The notes below the pieces were generated by a model. That model had not been told where the DNA came from and did no database searches. It saw nothing but the letters and a program-made list of their open reading frames with translations. From positions 64,976,001-65,040,000 of the forward strand of contig NC_042998.1 of NCBI RefSeq assembly GCF_006345805.1: a DNA stretch of 64,000 bases, read 5' to 3'. Source of the stretch: Octopus sinensis (taxonomy: Eukaryota). Position 1 is the first letter of the stretch; each line of letters begins with the position of its first letter. The translations under genes were made by a program, and so were the position numbers. Positions 39,171-53,373 of this stretch are shown in pieces.

Positions 39171-39185
39171 TCAGGTCACTGCTTA
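38939..39185 (-). mobile_element. Short hammerhead-containing repeat, probably a Penelope-like terminal-repeat relic, next to (AAT)n
   Basis: Minus order: (AAT)n(AAC)n, a short leader, the hammerhead motif, then an AT-rich tail. The PLE assignment is inferred from the ribozyme type. Confidence 0.55.
38986..39029 (-). ncRNA. Minimal type-I hammerhead ribozyme motif
   Basis: ACAC-CUGAUGA-AU-GCUG-GAGGGCAUAU-CAGC-C-GAAA-CG-UU-GUGU. Intact CUGAUGA and GAAA, stem I ACAC/GUGU, stem II GCUG/CAGC, loopless palindromic stem III (AACGUU), GUU cleavage triplet. Confidence 0.75.
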
Positions 39186-39748
39186 GGCATTAGTCTGCCT
39201 ACCGGCTTCGTCAGCTGTAGTGCTGCTGCTTGGTAGTGGCTCTTTGTTTGCAGTGTTTCTCACTTGTTCGTCGATATTTGCGATAGCTGAAACGAAGGAA
39301 CTGCAGTCAATCGGAGCAAACTCTCCACATGTTAGCGAAAATATCAGTCAATTACGGCCGGAGGAGGATATTTGTTTTCTTCAAATTCATAATACAGTTT
39401 ATAAATGTGTAAATATGAATGACAGCAATCAGCCGAAACACAGCGTAGGCAATAGGATGAAATTATTAATTTGACGGGAATATGATAATGAATTGATTAT
39501 TCTGTGTATGTTTTCTCCGTTTTCTTAACATTGTAAAACATTTATCGCCTTTATCAATGATGGAAATTTCTATAGAAACACCTGGAATTTCAGAGATGTG
39601 AGGTACGAATATTGAAGAAGAACCAACAATTAGCGCAAGTACATATACACATGAAAATTTCTAGTGGCGCTAATCGATGTAATGTTAAACCAGGGTAGGC
39701 TTGGATAATATATCTTTAGGAAAGAACAACTTCTTTCTATACAGAATC

Positions 39749-40314
<566 letters not shown>

Positions 40315-40354
40315 TATATTCAGCGAGTTACTTAATTTCAAAATACTTAGCATA

Positions 40355-41203
40355 TACAAGGCGGGCCTGGAAAGGCTGAGTATGAAGGAGTGATGCTATT
40401 GCTGCTAAATCTTGCATTCATTAGCTTCCACCCTATTTAGGAATAACAGCATTTTTTTTATATAGCTATACTAACGTTTGATTGAGTGCTCAAAGTAGAA
40501 TCCAAATGTAACTAGTAGCAACTTCTCCTGAAAATTCGACAGCGTGGTTTTATCAAACACCTACAGAGAATAGAATTTAGCTCCTAAGAATATTTATGCT
40601 GTCACGATTGCTACTGTCGGGAATGACGCTCCAGTGTTATCAAGAGTGAAAAAGTAAGTAGCTGTATTTTGGAGAAAAGAAGCTGTTGAAGATGAGCCAA
40701 GGTCTGCTTGTCCCACAACTGTCACTATTTCTGATGATGCAACCGACAATGATTTTTTTAAACTATCTTCAAAAGGCCCACACTTTCTTTAGAGAATACT
40801 ATGCCGATTTATGAAGTCATTTACGAAAGCTATCTAGACTAAATGTGAATGAAACCTGACGAAAATGGTCCTTGCTTTATCATGACTATGCTCCTGCGCT
40901 CAAAACCTTGGTCTCAAAAAGTATAGTGCGTGACTGTGCTTTTTAACTGCTGGATCCCAATCCCTATTTTTCCCCATCAGACTATCATCAGTTCACCAAC
41001 ACTTTGCAGTATAGCAGAGATTATCACATCATATGTGCTCTTTCCTATTCTTTGGACAACAGGTGAAAACCTCATAACCATTGGGTTCCAAGCAAAGCAA
41101 GACCAGTGGAAGAAGTGCGTGGACTGCAAAGGTGGTTTATGTTGAAAAGTAAAGCGCAATCTGTGAGTACCTTAGTCTATGAATATATCTACCGACCCTT
41201 GTA
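40355..41203 (+). mobile_element. Internally deleted mariner relic
   Basis: TA|CAAGG... and ...ACCGACCCTTG|TA ends; N-terminal remnant (F IKHLQR; EDEPRS), HDYAPA, SDYHQF, DQWKKCVDCKG remnants. Confidence 0.75.
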
Positions 41204-43514
41204 TCTTAATTCGAATGTAATCTTTCACTTAGTATTTCTGTACGTGTTTAATGATGAATGAATGAGTGAATAGTTCGAATAGCACATTTAGCCAATAAGG
41301 AATTCGTTGCAATCAAGAAACCCGTTCAAAAAGTGTTTAGTGGATTGCATTATCCAAGAAGCTTACAAACTATTTCATGTTTTCGTTTCTGTCGCAACGA
41401 TGAAGTAAATACCAACAAAATACCTCATATGTTGTTTCTAAAGCACATGTGTTTTGCTTCTGTCAATTTTCTGCTTTGCAAGATCGGTTAGGCTGATGCA
41501 GGTACAAGAACGAATGCTATGTTAAAGGCCAACAGATGAAATAGACAGAATTTGCAGGGAAGACATACTCAAGCACAAATGCAGTGGGGAGAAATGAGTT
41601 ATTCTCTTATTCTGTTGGAGGTACAGGTGGGTGGATTTAAAGAAAGGATAGATCTTCTTTTAACATAAAACGCAGGTAAATACGAGAACATACAACATAT
41701 TTGTGAATGGTGTCCCGATAAATCTAAATCTCCACGTGTTAATTCGTATAAACTCTATTTGTCTTATACTTAAACTATTTACTTCTCAATTGACATTTAA
41801 TGATGATTGATAGGAACGCTAAAATTCTCCTTAAAGTTAATGAATGTTAAAGCAATGCAATAAGATAATATACAGCATAAGTATGTTAATGTCACTGAGG
41901 AAATATGTTTTAGTTCGAATGTTTATACTTACACTCAAAAGATTGTGGAATTGAGCTAAACTCATCTACTTGTGATTGCAAATCAGAAACAGCACTTGGT
42001 TATAAAAGACTAACACTATGGCGTTTTATGAGATTTTTTTCCCCGAATTCTTTCATTTATGCATCAGCTAAAACGTTTGCTCATTTAACTGACAAGAATT
42101 CGATACTGCATACAAGCTTTATTATGAACACCTCCTGTTGCGTTAATTTTTAATCCTCTGTATAAACGTGATGAGAAGACAGACCTTACGGAGACATTAG
42201 AAAAAAATTCAATGTAAAAGACATGACTTAATTTATAGAAGGGAATGGATAATGACAGATATGAATAATTTGTAATAGAAAACCTAAAATATGAGGATTT
42301 GAACTGAAGATAAACCGTCGATGGTAGGAGCAGCGGGATACTGATTTAGTTGTCAATGTAACACATTTGTGACTCTGAGAGACATGAAAATATGATCTTG
42401 CTGATAAGCGCACAGATATTAATGATCATTCTGAGGAACAAAAAACCGAGATAAATTTTAAAACCATGAAAGCAATAGTGATAACAATAATCAATATATG
42501 CGTTTAATGGAGTAGAATGGGTCATGAGACTAGGGAAGAATATGGTAGTTTTAAGGGAAAATAATGTCATGAATTTCTATGATTATTTGTAATCATCGTG
42601 GCCACTAATAAATTATTAGCAATTTAAAGCTATAAATCTGTTTTGTCCTTGCCATCTTCAAAGACGTAGTAATCATAAAATGTAAATTCTAATCCAATAC
42701 TAATCATATAAAAGTTCTTGTTTAATGACTCTGCGACTGATAAACATTAATATTCTTTATTATACTCAACATTTATGCTTCAAGCGTTAAATATTCGAAC
42801 ACATAATGAATTCAGTTTTGTTTTATTTTATATGGTATAGTGTTGTCGGTATTTCTTCACAAAAAAAATAACTGAGTATTCAAAAATAAAATATTCCGGT
42901 GTATAACAAACGCGACACCATATGCCATGGATGTCAAGCTGGTCACCTTTATATTCAAAATGTTCGTATCATCTATGTCGGAAATCGATCTGCATACGGC
43001 ATTCAGACGCATCAAATCTTTTTCAACGCATACATTCTGCATCCTTCCGAACGGAAATGTTAGGTAAAATCCTATGCATACAACTGAACAAAAAATGTGT
43101 CGGTTACGTCTGGAAGGAACTGGAGATAGTTGTCTTTAAATGTGGATCAAATAAATTAAAAATCAGCATATATTTTATGTCGCTAAACAAAGGTAATTTC
43201 AGAGGTAACTCGACATGTAAAAGTAAATATTCCTTAAATTATACAATTATGTTACTATTTCTATACAATACAAATGAGGTATAAACTATTCAACCTGAAT
43301 CGAGTGCTAACGTATGAAAAACACTTGATGATCTCCCTGCTTATTCACGTTTGAGTTAAGGCTAAACAGCGAACAGAAATATATAATAATGGAAAATCAT
43401 TTCTTTAATTCTACCGCAAGATCATTGCTATATATTATACAGTAAATCCATTATTGCTTATTCCTAAATAGTTAATCCGGCTGCAATATCTATCTGATAC
43501 GAGCCACAGCAACA

Positions 43515-44735
43515 TATTGGGTTATCGCATAAATAATGTGATTTCTTCAATTACATGGACTAAAATTAGGAGGGGGACAGGATAAACTACACGCATTAAC
43601 TTGCTATAAATTCAAGTTGTAACCTTGCCCTTATTCTTATTGCAATATTTGAAGAGTGCAGTTCGATTTTAAGAGTTATTTTTCAATGCTATCATGGAAG
43701 TGACAAAAGAGCATATTCGGCATACTTTGTTTGATGAGTTCATTAAAGGCAACGACGCAGAGGAAAGTGCGAGGTGAGGAATATTAATGTAACATATGGT
43801 GATTGGACAATAAGCGTAAGCCAGTATAGGGTTACAGAAACGGTGGTTCCAGAAATTACGAGCCGGCAACTACAGCCTAGAAGACGAGCTCGTCCTGGGA
43901 AATCTGTAGAGTTGGACGATGAAATTTTGCAAAATCTGGTGGAAAAAATCCCATCGTAATTATTGAGAAGCTAGCAGAGAAACTTGGATCTGGTCATTCA
44001 AACATTCATCAAAACGGGTCAATGGGTTCCTAAAACTTTCCGCGTCTACTTGCGCGCAGATAGTGAATGTGTGCTCTTCTTTGATGTCACATCTCACAAA
44101 CGAATAATTTGTGGACAAAATAGAGACTAGTGACAAGAAATAGGTTCTGTATGAAAATGTCAAGCGCCCAAGACCGTGGGTAGGGAAAGGAGAAACATCG
44201 GCATGCCACACTAAAGACGGCCTTCACCAACGTAAGGTCTCGTTATCTGTTTGGCAGGATATCAAAGGTTTAGTCCACTGAACTTTTAAACCCAAGACAA
44301 ACGATAGTAAAGGAGATCTCCTGCAAGCAGCTTGAGCGGCGTACGTCGGACCTGGAAGTGAAACGACCATCGTTGTTTTTAAGACTAAAGGTGTTCTTCC
44401 ATCAGAGTAATGTTCGGCCACATACAGCGAGGATGACTTTCCAAAGGCTGGAGCAGTTTGAATTGGAAACGATACCCCTCCCACCATATTATCATCTATT
44501 CCGCAGTTTTCAAAATCAATTGGACGGGAGACATGAATTCTGTAGAGGAGATCAGAACAGTACTGGAGGTGTATTTTTCGTCACGGACAAGTAAATTTTG
44601 GAAGAGGGTCCTTGCAAGTCTATCAGATAGATGGAAGAGCATTGTAGAAAATGAAGGAGAGTATATTTTAGATTAAAAAAGAACTTAGTTCATCTTAATT
44701 TTGAAAAATTACATTATTTATGGAATGACCCAGTA
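43515..44735 (+). pseudogene. Near-full-length mariner (DD34D-type) with a disrupted transposase
   Basis: TIRs TA|TTGGGTTATCGCATAAATAATGT and ACATTATTTATGGAATGACCCAG|TA; MEVTKEHIRH..., WVP, FFHQSNVRPHTAR, YHLFRSFQNQL, RWKSIVENEGEYILD*. Confidence 0.92.
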
Positions 44736-45586
44736 TATATTAAAATGGAGTCAAATGACTGAGTCACTTCTCGGGTGGTGGTTCCGCTAGAAATATTCCT
44801 GTCAATCCACCAGATACGCCGTCACGTATTTAAATAAACAAAACTACCACAACTAGTGCATTGTAACATACAGAACAACTTTCGTTTATGTCATCTCAAT
44901 CATAGCAGAACATAGCCTAAACAATTACTAAAGCAATGAGAACAACTACAACAATAGCAATAAAAACAAAGACTAGAGCAGAAGCAACTTGTTATTACTT
45001 AAATAATAGCCGTCTTTAAAATTGGATATTATTGGAGTATTATAAAGTTTATATCGATACACCTGATATACATGCTGAATGGATATGAGGTAAACATAAT
45101 AATTATTGAACTGACTTTGAAATGGTATTATTGAAAATAAGTACTATTGCATCTAGATGGAGTGAAGAAATTAATGACGTTGATGAATATAAATTATCAC
45201 CACTCCTTTTGTTGTTGGTGCACTATTTAGAAACCCTATATTAACTTTAAAAATAAGGCCGCGTGATTAGATGATATCAGAACAATTATGATCACATTGT
45301 CTTCAGATGATTCCGTACCAATAACATTAAAAATACTACGTGAAAACTCATGTTGGCAACAATAAAATACTATTTGAATTTGTATTACTGTATATTACTA
45401 GAACTGAAAATGGTAGATTTATTGCTGTTTAACAAATGTAGTACAAACGTGAACAGTAATATAATATATTTTACAGCATTAAAAAAGAAACAGAACTGAA
45501 AAACCCTCATCATTTTATTTACCTAAATCGTGCAGATAACTTTTTGGTGTTAATAAAACTGGTCATCAAAAATATTGTACAAAATA

Positions 45587-45646
45587 AACGTTTACCATGG
45601 ATGAACCAAGTTTTACAACGTTTACCATGGATGAAGCAAGTCGTAC
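45587..45646. repeat. 30-bp tandem duplication
   Basis: AACGTTTACCATGGATGAACCAAGTTTTAC / AACGTTTACCATGGATGAAGCAAGTCGTAC. Confidence 0.92.
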
Positions 45647-45808
45647 AAGATATAAAATACCATAATGCATGGTTTTCAGGATACTTAATCTTCACTCAAT
45701 CACTCTTGAGTAGGTATGAAATGATGGCTTATGTCAAGCTTTCATTAACTATTTTGGGTATTTTTGTAATAAGTGATTTACTACGTGGAACATGGAGAAT
45801 ATGGCACC

Positions 45809-45856
<48 letters not shown>

Positions 45857-46059
45857 CAGAGTTTTACCAACAGGCACCTCAGCTAGATTACACTGGGATT
45901 AAATAATGCGAGAAACCCCCAAGCATTTGAGTCAAAAGTAATCTATTAAAGCGCATTCAGTAATTTCTGAGGATTGAACCCAGCATGTGTCGCTCGATTG
46001 TGTTCGATGGAGGGTGAAACCGGAGAAATCTCCGAACTGATCTGCTCGATGTTATCCAC

Positions 46060-46330
46060 GAAAATACAATTCACTGCAAAATGAGAATAAATATGAAGTA
46101 ATCCACATCGGTATCGAGGCTGCACTTAAGAGATAATAAACTCTTCTCTTGAGTAAAACCATCTTGGCAACAAATACCACTAAAAACCTCAGATTAAGTG
46201 TCAACAACAAATTAAGCTGGAGTGTCCACATAAACAGTAAATGTGACAAGTCTCGTAGGGCTTGCCCCCTCCCGGACTCTTAGGGCTCTTCGTTTTTGAG
46301 ACATTCCAAACGTCATCCTTCTCTACCTTT
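46060..46330 (+). mobile_element. CR1/L2-like RT C-terminal fragment
   Basis: NKYEVIHIG ... TKNLRLSVNNKLSWSVHINSKCDKSRRA resembles the KDLGV.ID.KLSW..HI...C.KA motif. Confidence 0.6.
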
Positions 46331-46460
46331 AATACTGTTGCCCGCTGTGTGAATCATCCAAAGTTCAATCAGAAAGAATAGACGCCATAGGCAAATATGT
46401 TTCATTGGTCATTTCTTTAACTTTAAATATATCTAGCATTTCATATTGTATAGACTACAT

Positions 46461-46768
46461 CAGAGGTTCTCAAAACGTTTGGGACACCGCCCAACTCATT
46501 GCCCCATAATACCACCAGCGACGCACTCCTATTTTTATGTATAAGTATTTCATATTTTATTAATTTATATATATTATGGATCATTTGATACTTAACTTAA
46601 TATATATAGTTTGTATAAAATGCTATAATGATATTATAATAAATTCATAGCTTTCCCCAACCCACTGTCCTCCACCCAACGTCTCCTTTTTCTCTACCGC
46701 CTCCAACACCCACCTGGACCTATTCAACACCCAGCAGGGGGCGATATCGCCCACTTTGAGAAACTACG
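46461..46768. mobile_element. hAT-type MITE with a perfect 8-bp TSD
   Basis: GACTACAT at 46453-46460 and 46769-46776; termini CAGAGGTTCTCAAA / TTTGAGAAACTACG. Confidence 0.88.
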
Positions 46769-48106
46769 GACTACATTGATGAATATACCTATGAAGTAAT
46801 ATAAAGATATGTAACGGCATTAAAATGCATTTATATTGAAATATATTAATATATTTGTGTGTTGGAAATATCAGTATCAAGTATAAAATTCCATAATACT
46901 AATAGCCAAAAGTATTTATTCATCCAAACTTTATAACACTCAATTCTATTTTGCTAATGATTTCGAACAACGTTATATAGTTCTTATATCATTTGCTCTT
47001 TCGTATATTCGTTGGTACATTACGAAACATCTCATGTAAATTTTTAAAATATAATTTTAAGATTATAATAAATAAAATATTATTTGATATAAAACAATAA
47101 TTCATTTCATTCTTCCGTGTCTTTACTACTTTTTAATATGAAATATGCAAAGAACTTTCAAGAGTTACATTACATTGGTGGGGTTAGAATATTTAAGGTG
47201 ACATATGCTTTGTATATGGCATCGATATTTATTTTGAAATTATTGACATTTAGATTGAAATTACTGACATTTCTAATAATTTAGCACACTTAATGTACAA
47301 ATCATTTCAGGTTTTTATTAACCCCTTGAAATACCAAACATTCCCATACGAATCAAATCTGATCATATTGCCGACGACTCTATGATCAGCACCATTATCA
47401 GCTTTTCTTTTCCATAGGTAATTAGGGTCGACAGCGTTCGATGTATAATCGCTATGTATGTTTATATAATCGATTTAAAATTCAGGACAATATTACAGGT
47501 CCATTTCAGAGATTAAATTTGTAATATGCTCCCAAAACACCCGTCTATTTGATGCAGCAATTTCTTAAGATTTAAGCGGAATTTTAGTATCAATAGCAGC
47601 TGAATGAAATTACAGTATGTAAATAACCTGGTGAAAATTTGTGTCTTACCGAATTTATTCAAAAATACAATGATATGACAGATTAATTAAAAAATCTAAG
47701 ATGATTATAATAATCGTTTAAAATTTTAATAAATTATAAGTTTCTTCTATGTAATTTAAAAAACGAAAGTATAAAAATTCCTTACAGTCTAAGAATACAT
47801 GTACTATGAATATGTAATTCATTTCAGTATTATATTTTTTGACATATGCTAACGGAGAAAGTATTTAGATTTGCAAAATCACTGATAATAATTATAGATA
47901 TCACACTTCTAGTCTTGTTTCACGAACAATAATACTTTAAAAATTAATAATAATTGCAAATAGATTAAAAATAGGACTGACGACTACAATAAAAACTTTA
48001 TATCGTTCCATTACTATGCATCTGATATCACGTGTGTCTACGCTGATTTTATTGAAAATATCAACTGGCTAATATCACTTAGCTATGTAGTTCAAAGTTA
48101 CTATAG

Positions 48107-49442
48107 TATTAGGTCGTCAAGTATGAGATTTGTAGTAAGATATATAATAAACTTTGATATATACTCATTCTGCGCCAGTATTATATTTTGACAATCTTTA
48201 TTTTTTGTTACAAGGATAACACATCTATTTCTTTATTCTAACGCATTTTGCGCCTTATAAAGTATTTATAAATCTTTTTTGCTATTTTTGTTTAGAGATG
48301 GATAAGTCGGAAATCCGTACAGTTGAAATACGAGGTTTTTGTTGGAAATACAGCATCACAGACAGCTGGTATTATGAATGGAATACTTCATTCTTATGTT
48401 ATTACACAGCAGACAGTGACAAATTGGTATGGGAAATTTTGTTCTGGTAACTTTGACACCACAAATGAGCGACGATGGTGACCAGAAACAAAGATTGATA
48501 ACGACGAACTAAAAGCCACCGTCGTGTCAGATCTCCCTGAAAGTGTCCATGAATTATAGTTGTTGTTTGAGGTTAGCAAGAAAATAATATGGACTCAATT
48601 AGTTCAAATCGGTAAGGTAAAAAAATGGATAGGTGTGTTCGTTATGATCTCAATGAAAATCAGAAACAGCAACGTTTAGAAGCCTGCATTATGCTACTTT
48701 CTCGTCACAAAAATGAATCATTTTTTAAAATCGAATTGTAACATGTGATGAAAATTCGAACCAACACAACAATCGTAAACGTTCAGCACAATGGTTGGAC
48801 AAAAACGAGCCACCAAAACACATTCCACATTCACGTAAAGAAGCTGATTTTGTTTGTTTGGTGGTCTGGCGTAGGTATGATCCATTTTGATTTCTTTAAA
48901 CCTGACTCACCAACCACGACCGAAGTATACTGCAGCCAACTGGACTAAATGATGCAGAAAAGTACAAAAAAGAAACAGCCTAGATTTGTCAACAGATCCA
49001 CTCCTATTTTATTGCATGACAATGCCAGACACACATCGCAAAATGACAATGGCGAAACTGCAGGATTTGGAGTTGGAAGTTCTCCCTAACCCATCATACT
49101 CACCTCATCTTGCCCTCACTGACTAGCAGCTCTTCCAGAATTTCGATAACTCATTGATACGAAAAAAAAAATTCCGACGACGCTGTAAAACAGACATTCC
49201 AAGATTTTATTGACTCGGAATTGCCAGGCTTTTACAATCCCGGACTGGACAAGCTACCACTGAAATAAGAAAATTGTATAGACAATGGTTGGACAAAGAC
49301 GAGCCACCAAAACACATTCCACATTCATCTAAAGAAGCTGAATTTGTTTGTTTTGTTTGATGAATAAAACTATTCCTTGTATTGATAAAACATTAGCAAA
49401 CTTTTTTTCTTTTCTACAAATTTCATAGGTGACGACCTAATA
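48107..49442 (+). pseudogene. Full-length mariner (DD34D-type) with a disrupted transposase
   Basis: TA|TTAGGTCGTCAAGTATGAGAT and ATTTCATAGGTGACGACCTAA|TA; MDKSEIRT at 48298, RIVTCDE, LLHDNARH, PSYSPHLALTD. Confidence 0.92.
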
Positions 49443-50315
49443 GTCCAAAGATCAAATCTCAAATCTCAATATGAGTGGAAATCCTTTCAAGTATCGTCTC
49501 ATAAATCCTATATGATTCAGTAGTACTGTCCATATAACTACGTTTCCGAATATTACGCACGCCATGACAAATAAGGAAAAATGCAACGCAATGTTGCTCT
49601 GCAACAAATTCTAAATATAACATTCAATATGTAATGCACTCAAAGCACGTCATAAACTAGAAAAAAAAACTAGCATAGGAGTGGGTTTGGAAATAAAACA
49701 AGATTAAAATACATAAACGCTGTTATGAAATCTATATAAATTTGTGTTTGGAGCTGAACAAAATAAGTATGTATTGAAATATTTTGAAAAGAACGTATTC
49801 AGTAGACATGTCATTTCCCAGTCAACGGGAAAAAGAAATGCAATTCTTATTAAGAATAAGATTGATAACGCTTTTCATTTTAAATATTGTCATCTTTTTT
49901 TTATTTTTTCATTGAATGACTTTCGACTTTTTTTCGCTTCAATCTATGCGCCAACGTTTAAGTTGAGTACGCAGATATAAGTGTATGTATGAAGACAAGA
50001 AGTTATTGAAAAAATGTTTATCAAAATAAATTTTCACATAACATGAAGCAATAAAATATATTCATATGGAAATTTATTCTCTTTTATTTTCCTTTCAGGC
50101 ATTCAGTTTTATTTAATCAAAAAGGGTAACATCGAAAGTTAGTCAGTTATAGGTGGGGGTCTCGTACATTATATAGGTAGCTCGGCTTTCATTTTCAAAA
50201 TTGTCTTCAATCAGGTTTAGAATAGAGTCCATTGTGTAACAACAAACTTTATCCATAGTTAGTAGACTAAATCGGAATTAGCCGCAAAGTCATTTAGTAA
50301 TGTTATACACATATA

Positions 50316-50316
50316 C

Positions 50317-50402
<86 letters not shown>

Positions 50403-50415
50403 GTCTATCTATCTA
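50316..50415. repeat. (CTAT)n
   Basis: Seen directly. Confidence 0.97.
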
Positions 50416-50752
50416 TGTGCGTGTTTGCATATATGTATATATGAATGTATGTACATGTTCATACACATGTTTGTTCCTGTGAGTGTGTGTGTAGTTACGT
50501 TAGATACGTCGAACGCGTGAGAAAGACGTGCTCAAAAGATACTGTAAATGATAGAGTTTTTATTTCGTAAAGAAAAATAACTAAACGTATTTGTTAAATA
50601 TGAAATTCCTAATAAGGGTATATCGTAGGTAAACACGTGCGTGAAATTCGTACATAAGAGGTAGAATATGTTTTTTTTTTTATCTTTGTGGTGATAGGGT
50701 GTTTTTAAAACTGAAATATTAAATGTTATTATTATTGTTGCTAATATGCGAC

Positions 50753-50950
50753 GGTAGCGAGTTGAGAGAATCGTTAGCACGTCAGGCAACAAATTTAGCG
50801 ACATTTCGTCTGATTTCAAGTCCTGAGTTTGAATTCCGCCTTGCATTTTATCATTTCGGGGTCACAAAATACGTACCAGATGAGCACTTGCAGCGATATA
50901 ATCGACTTCCCTCTTAACCCGATATTGCTGGCCTTGTAAAAAATCTGAAA
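50753..50950 (+). mobile_element. Second-family tRNA-SINE
   Basis: GGTAGCGAGTTGAGAGAATCGTTAGCACG...GAGTTTGAATTCCGCC...TTTATCATTTCGGGGTC...GTACCAG; homologous to 14949 and 27831. Confidence 0.8.
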
Positions 50951-52444
50951 TCCTTATTACTAATGTGTGTGGGTGTAAGTGTGTATACTGCATGAATATA
51001 TAAATATGATCGCGTATGCAATGCAGGAGTAATAGCTTTTGCTAATATTGAGGTTGATCTGACTACATATATTCCCGATTTGGATGCTGTTGTTGATTTT
51101 TTTTATTAACATCTCGTTTGAATTAGAAATATTCATATTCAACGCGCAATAGTCTAATATAAATCGATATTTACTATATTATTTTATTATATGCAGTTAA
51201 ATCATTCATAATATTGATCTTTTACCTTCGTAACCACTGTAATAGTTCAGAGAAATGACTGAATCAGACACACGACTTTTCTGATAGCTGGAAGGTTGAA
51301 GCAATTTTACTGTACATAGATGAATGTATTGAGGAATGTTAAGATAATATATTGTTTATCTTCAGCTATAGCACAAGTTAGAAACAAATGATTTATTCCT
51401 TTCACTTCGTCTGCGAATTTATATTAGAATAATGCCATGGAAATTTTAAATTCTATAAATATATTGCAAACTTTGCTTTATTCAAAATACCTATTGATTT
51501 TACCAACTTTCTTCAACATGTTTGGAAAATACAAGTTGCTATAGAAATGGTGATTTAATTGTGTATGAAATATATGACAGACTATAGAAATTTAGAATTC
51601 AATAAATGCAATGCAAATTCTAAATCACAGTAAATGTCATTCTTAGCTTGTGAATTTCAATGAGATTATCTGCAGTGAGGTATTTTGCTTCTTAATTTAA
51701 TGCAGTGGAAAAAGCGTTCTCATCATTGGGCTAATTAGAAATGTAACAGAATAGATGGGGGCTGGGCTTCGAATTCAGTTCTCATATTTATGTATTAACG
51801 ACAAGGCATGAATCTCTGAGCACATATGAAAAGCAAATTTTATGTCACATGTGTAGTTTATGATCGTTCGTACTTTTCGATGGTGATGAACTAAAATTTA
51901 TGTTTCAAATGAGAATGTAATCATCTACTTAAGCACGATAGATTTGCAAAAATCGTATTGAGCATATGTAACTAAGAATTGACATAAATAATATTTAGGT
52001 TCAGATATCTCTTTTATATACAAGAATTTGAATATTGATTTACGCATTTAGAATATTTTTCTAACTCATTCATAAGAGTTAGGGCCGCTATATTGTGTTA
52101 GACATCAACGGTCAACGATCTCACACAGTAATTTAGGTTAACAGCGAAGAGACATGCACTTTGTAAATGTGTTTCTTATCGTGTGCAATAGGAAGAACTC
52201 GTCAGTCAGTTATTTCAGAAAGCAAGCAAACTTAACAAATATAAAACTCTCAACCAATCTTCAAATATTCACAGAAGCATTCAAATATATTAAATTTCTT
52301 AATATGCAACATGCTCCTTTTCAAAAAGAATGTTTAACAATTGTTCATGCCTTTGAGGTATGAGTATGTGTGGGTCTATCCGCATCTGTTTGTAATTATG
52401 TGTGTATTCATATGTCCAGAAAGTTTATAGGTAAATATTCTTTA

Positions 52445-52858
52445 ATTCTTACATTCTTTTACTTGTTTCAATATTCTGTCTGTGGCCATGCTACAGCACC
52501 ACCTTGAAGTAGAACAAAGTGACACCAATACTTATTTCTGAAGCTTGGTACTTATTCTATCGTCTCCTTTGGCCGAAACGCTAAGTTACAGGGACGTAAA
52601 CACACCACTACTGGTTGTCAAATGGTGATGTGTAACGAACACAGATACAAGGACACATATGATGTAGCCACGCGTGCGTGTACACTAACACGCATACACA
52701 CATTTACGACGGATTTCTTTCCGTCTATCAAATCAACTAACAACGCTTTCGTTGCCCCGAGACTAGAGTAGAAAACACTTCCTCAATGTGCCATACTGTG
52801 GGATTAAACACAGAGCCATGTGATCGAGAAGCAAGTTTCTAACCCGCAAACACGCATG
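52445..52858 (-). mobile_element. Full-length degenerate main-family tRNA-SINE
   Basis: Colinear with 3219-3610. Confidence 0.8.
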
Positions 52859-53373
52859 TAGCTATAAATCTAAATTGTTTTTTTTTTCTTAGTATCAACC
52901 TATCAACCTATGTATACAACCGTACTTACATCCCTTAATCAGTGAACAAACAGTGAGAAAACAGTAAAAAACAATTGGTATAATATCTCAGACGGAGCTA
53001 TAAGATGACCCGAGCAGAAAGATATTTTTATGAACGATTCATTATTTTTGAACAAGCTGTAAGATGTAATGGTTTGAACGAAAATCCACTTCCATTTGAA
53101 TTAATGTATTTACATATATGAGTACGTAGCTGAGCACGTCAGTGAAATAAATTTTATGGGATTCCAGAGGTTTGCGATTCTGGGCATCATAAGTATTAGC
53201 ACATTTAATACTTACAACTGATAACTGCCATGGCAAAACCTAATTTTAAATAATATGTATATGTGTGTGCATATGTGTTTGTGCAGACACACATATATGC
53301 ACACACACAAACGCACACCAACATACAAACGCACATACATATATACACATACACATATATAGATATACACATA

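Noticed and set aside
39186-39350. 54-codon minus open frame ending ...DEAGRQTNA*, a possible last exon
   Set aside because: No ATG, weak acceptor, no recognisable homology.
42228-42670. Hydrophobic stretches on minus suggesting a GPCR pseudogene
   Set aside because: Stops throughout, no diagnostic motif; AT-rich DNA yields I/F/L runs.
47319-47345. TTAA|CCCCTT piggyBac-like left end
   Set aside because: No matching right end found.
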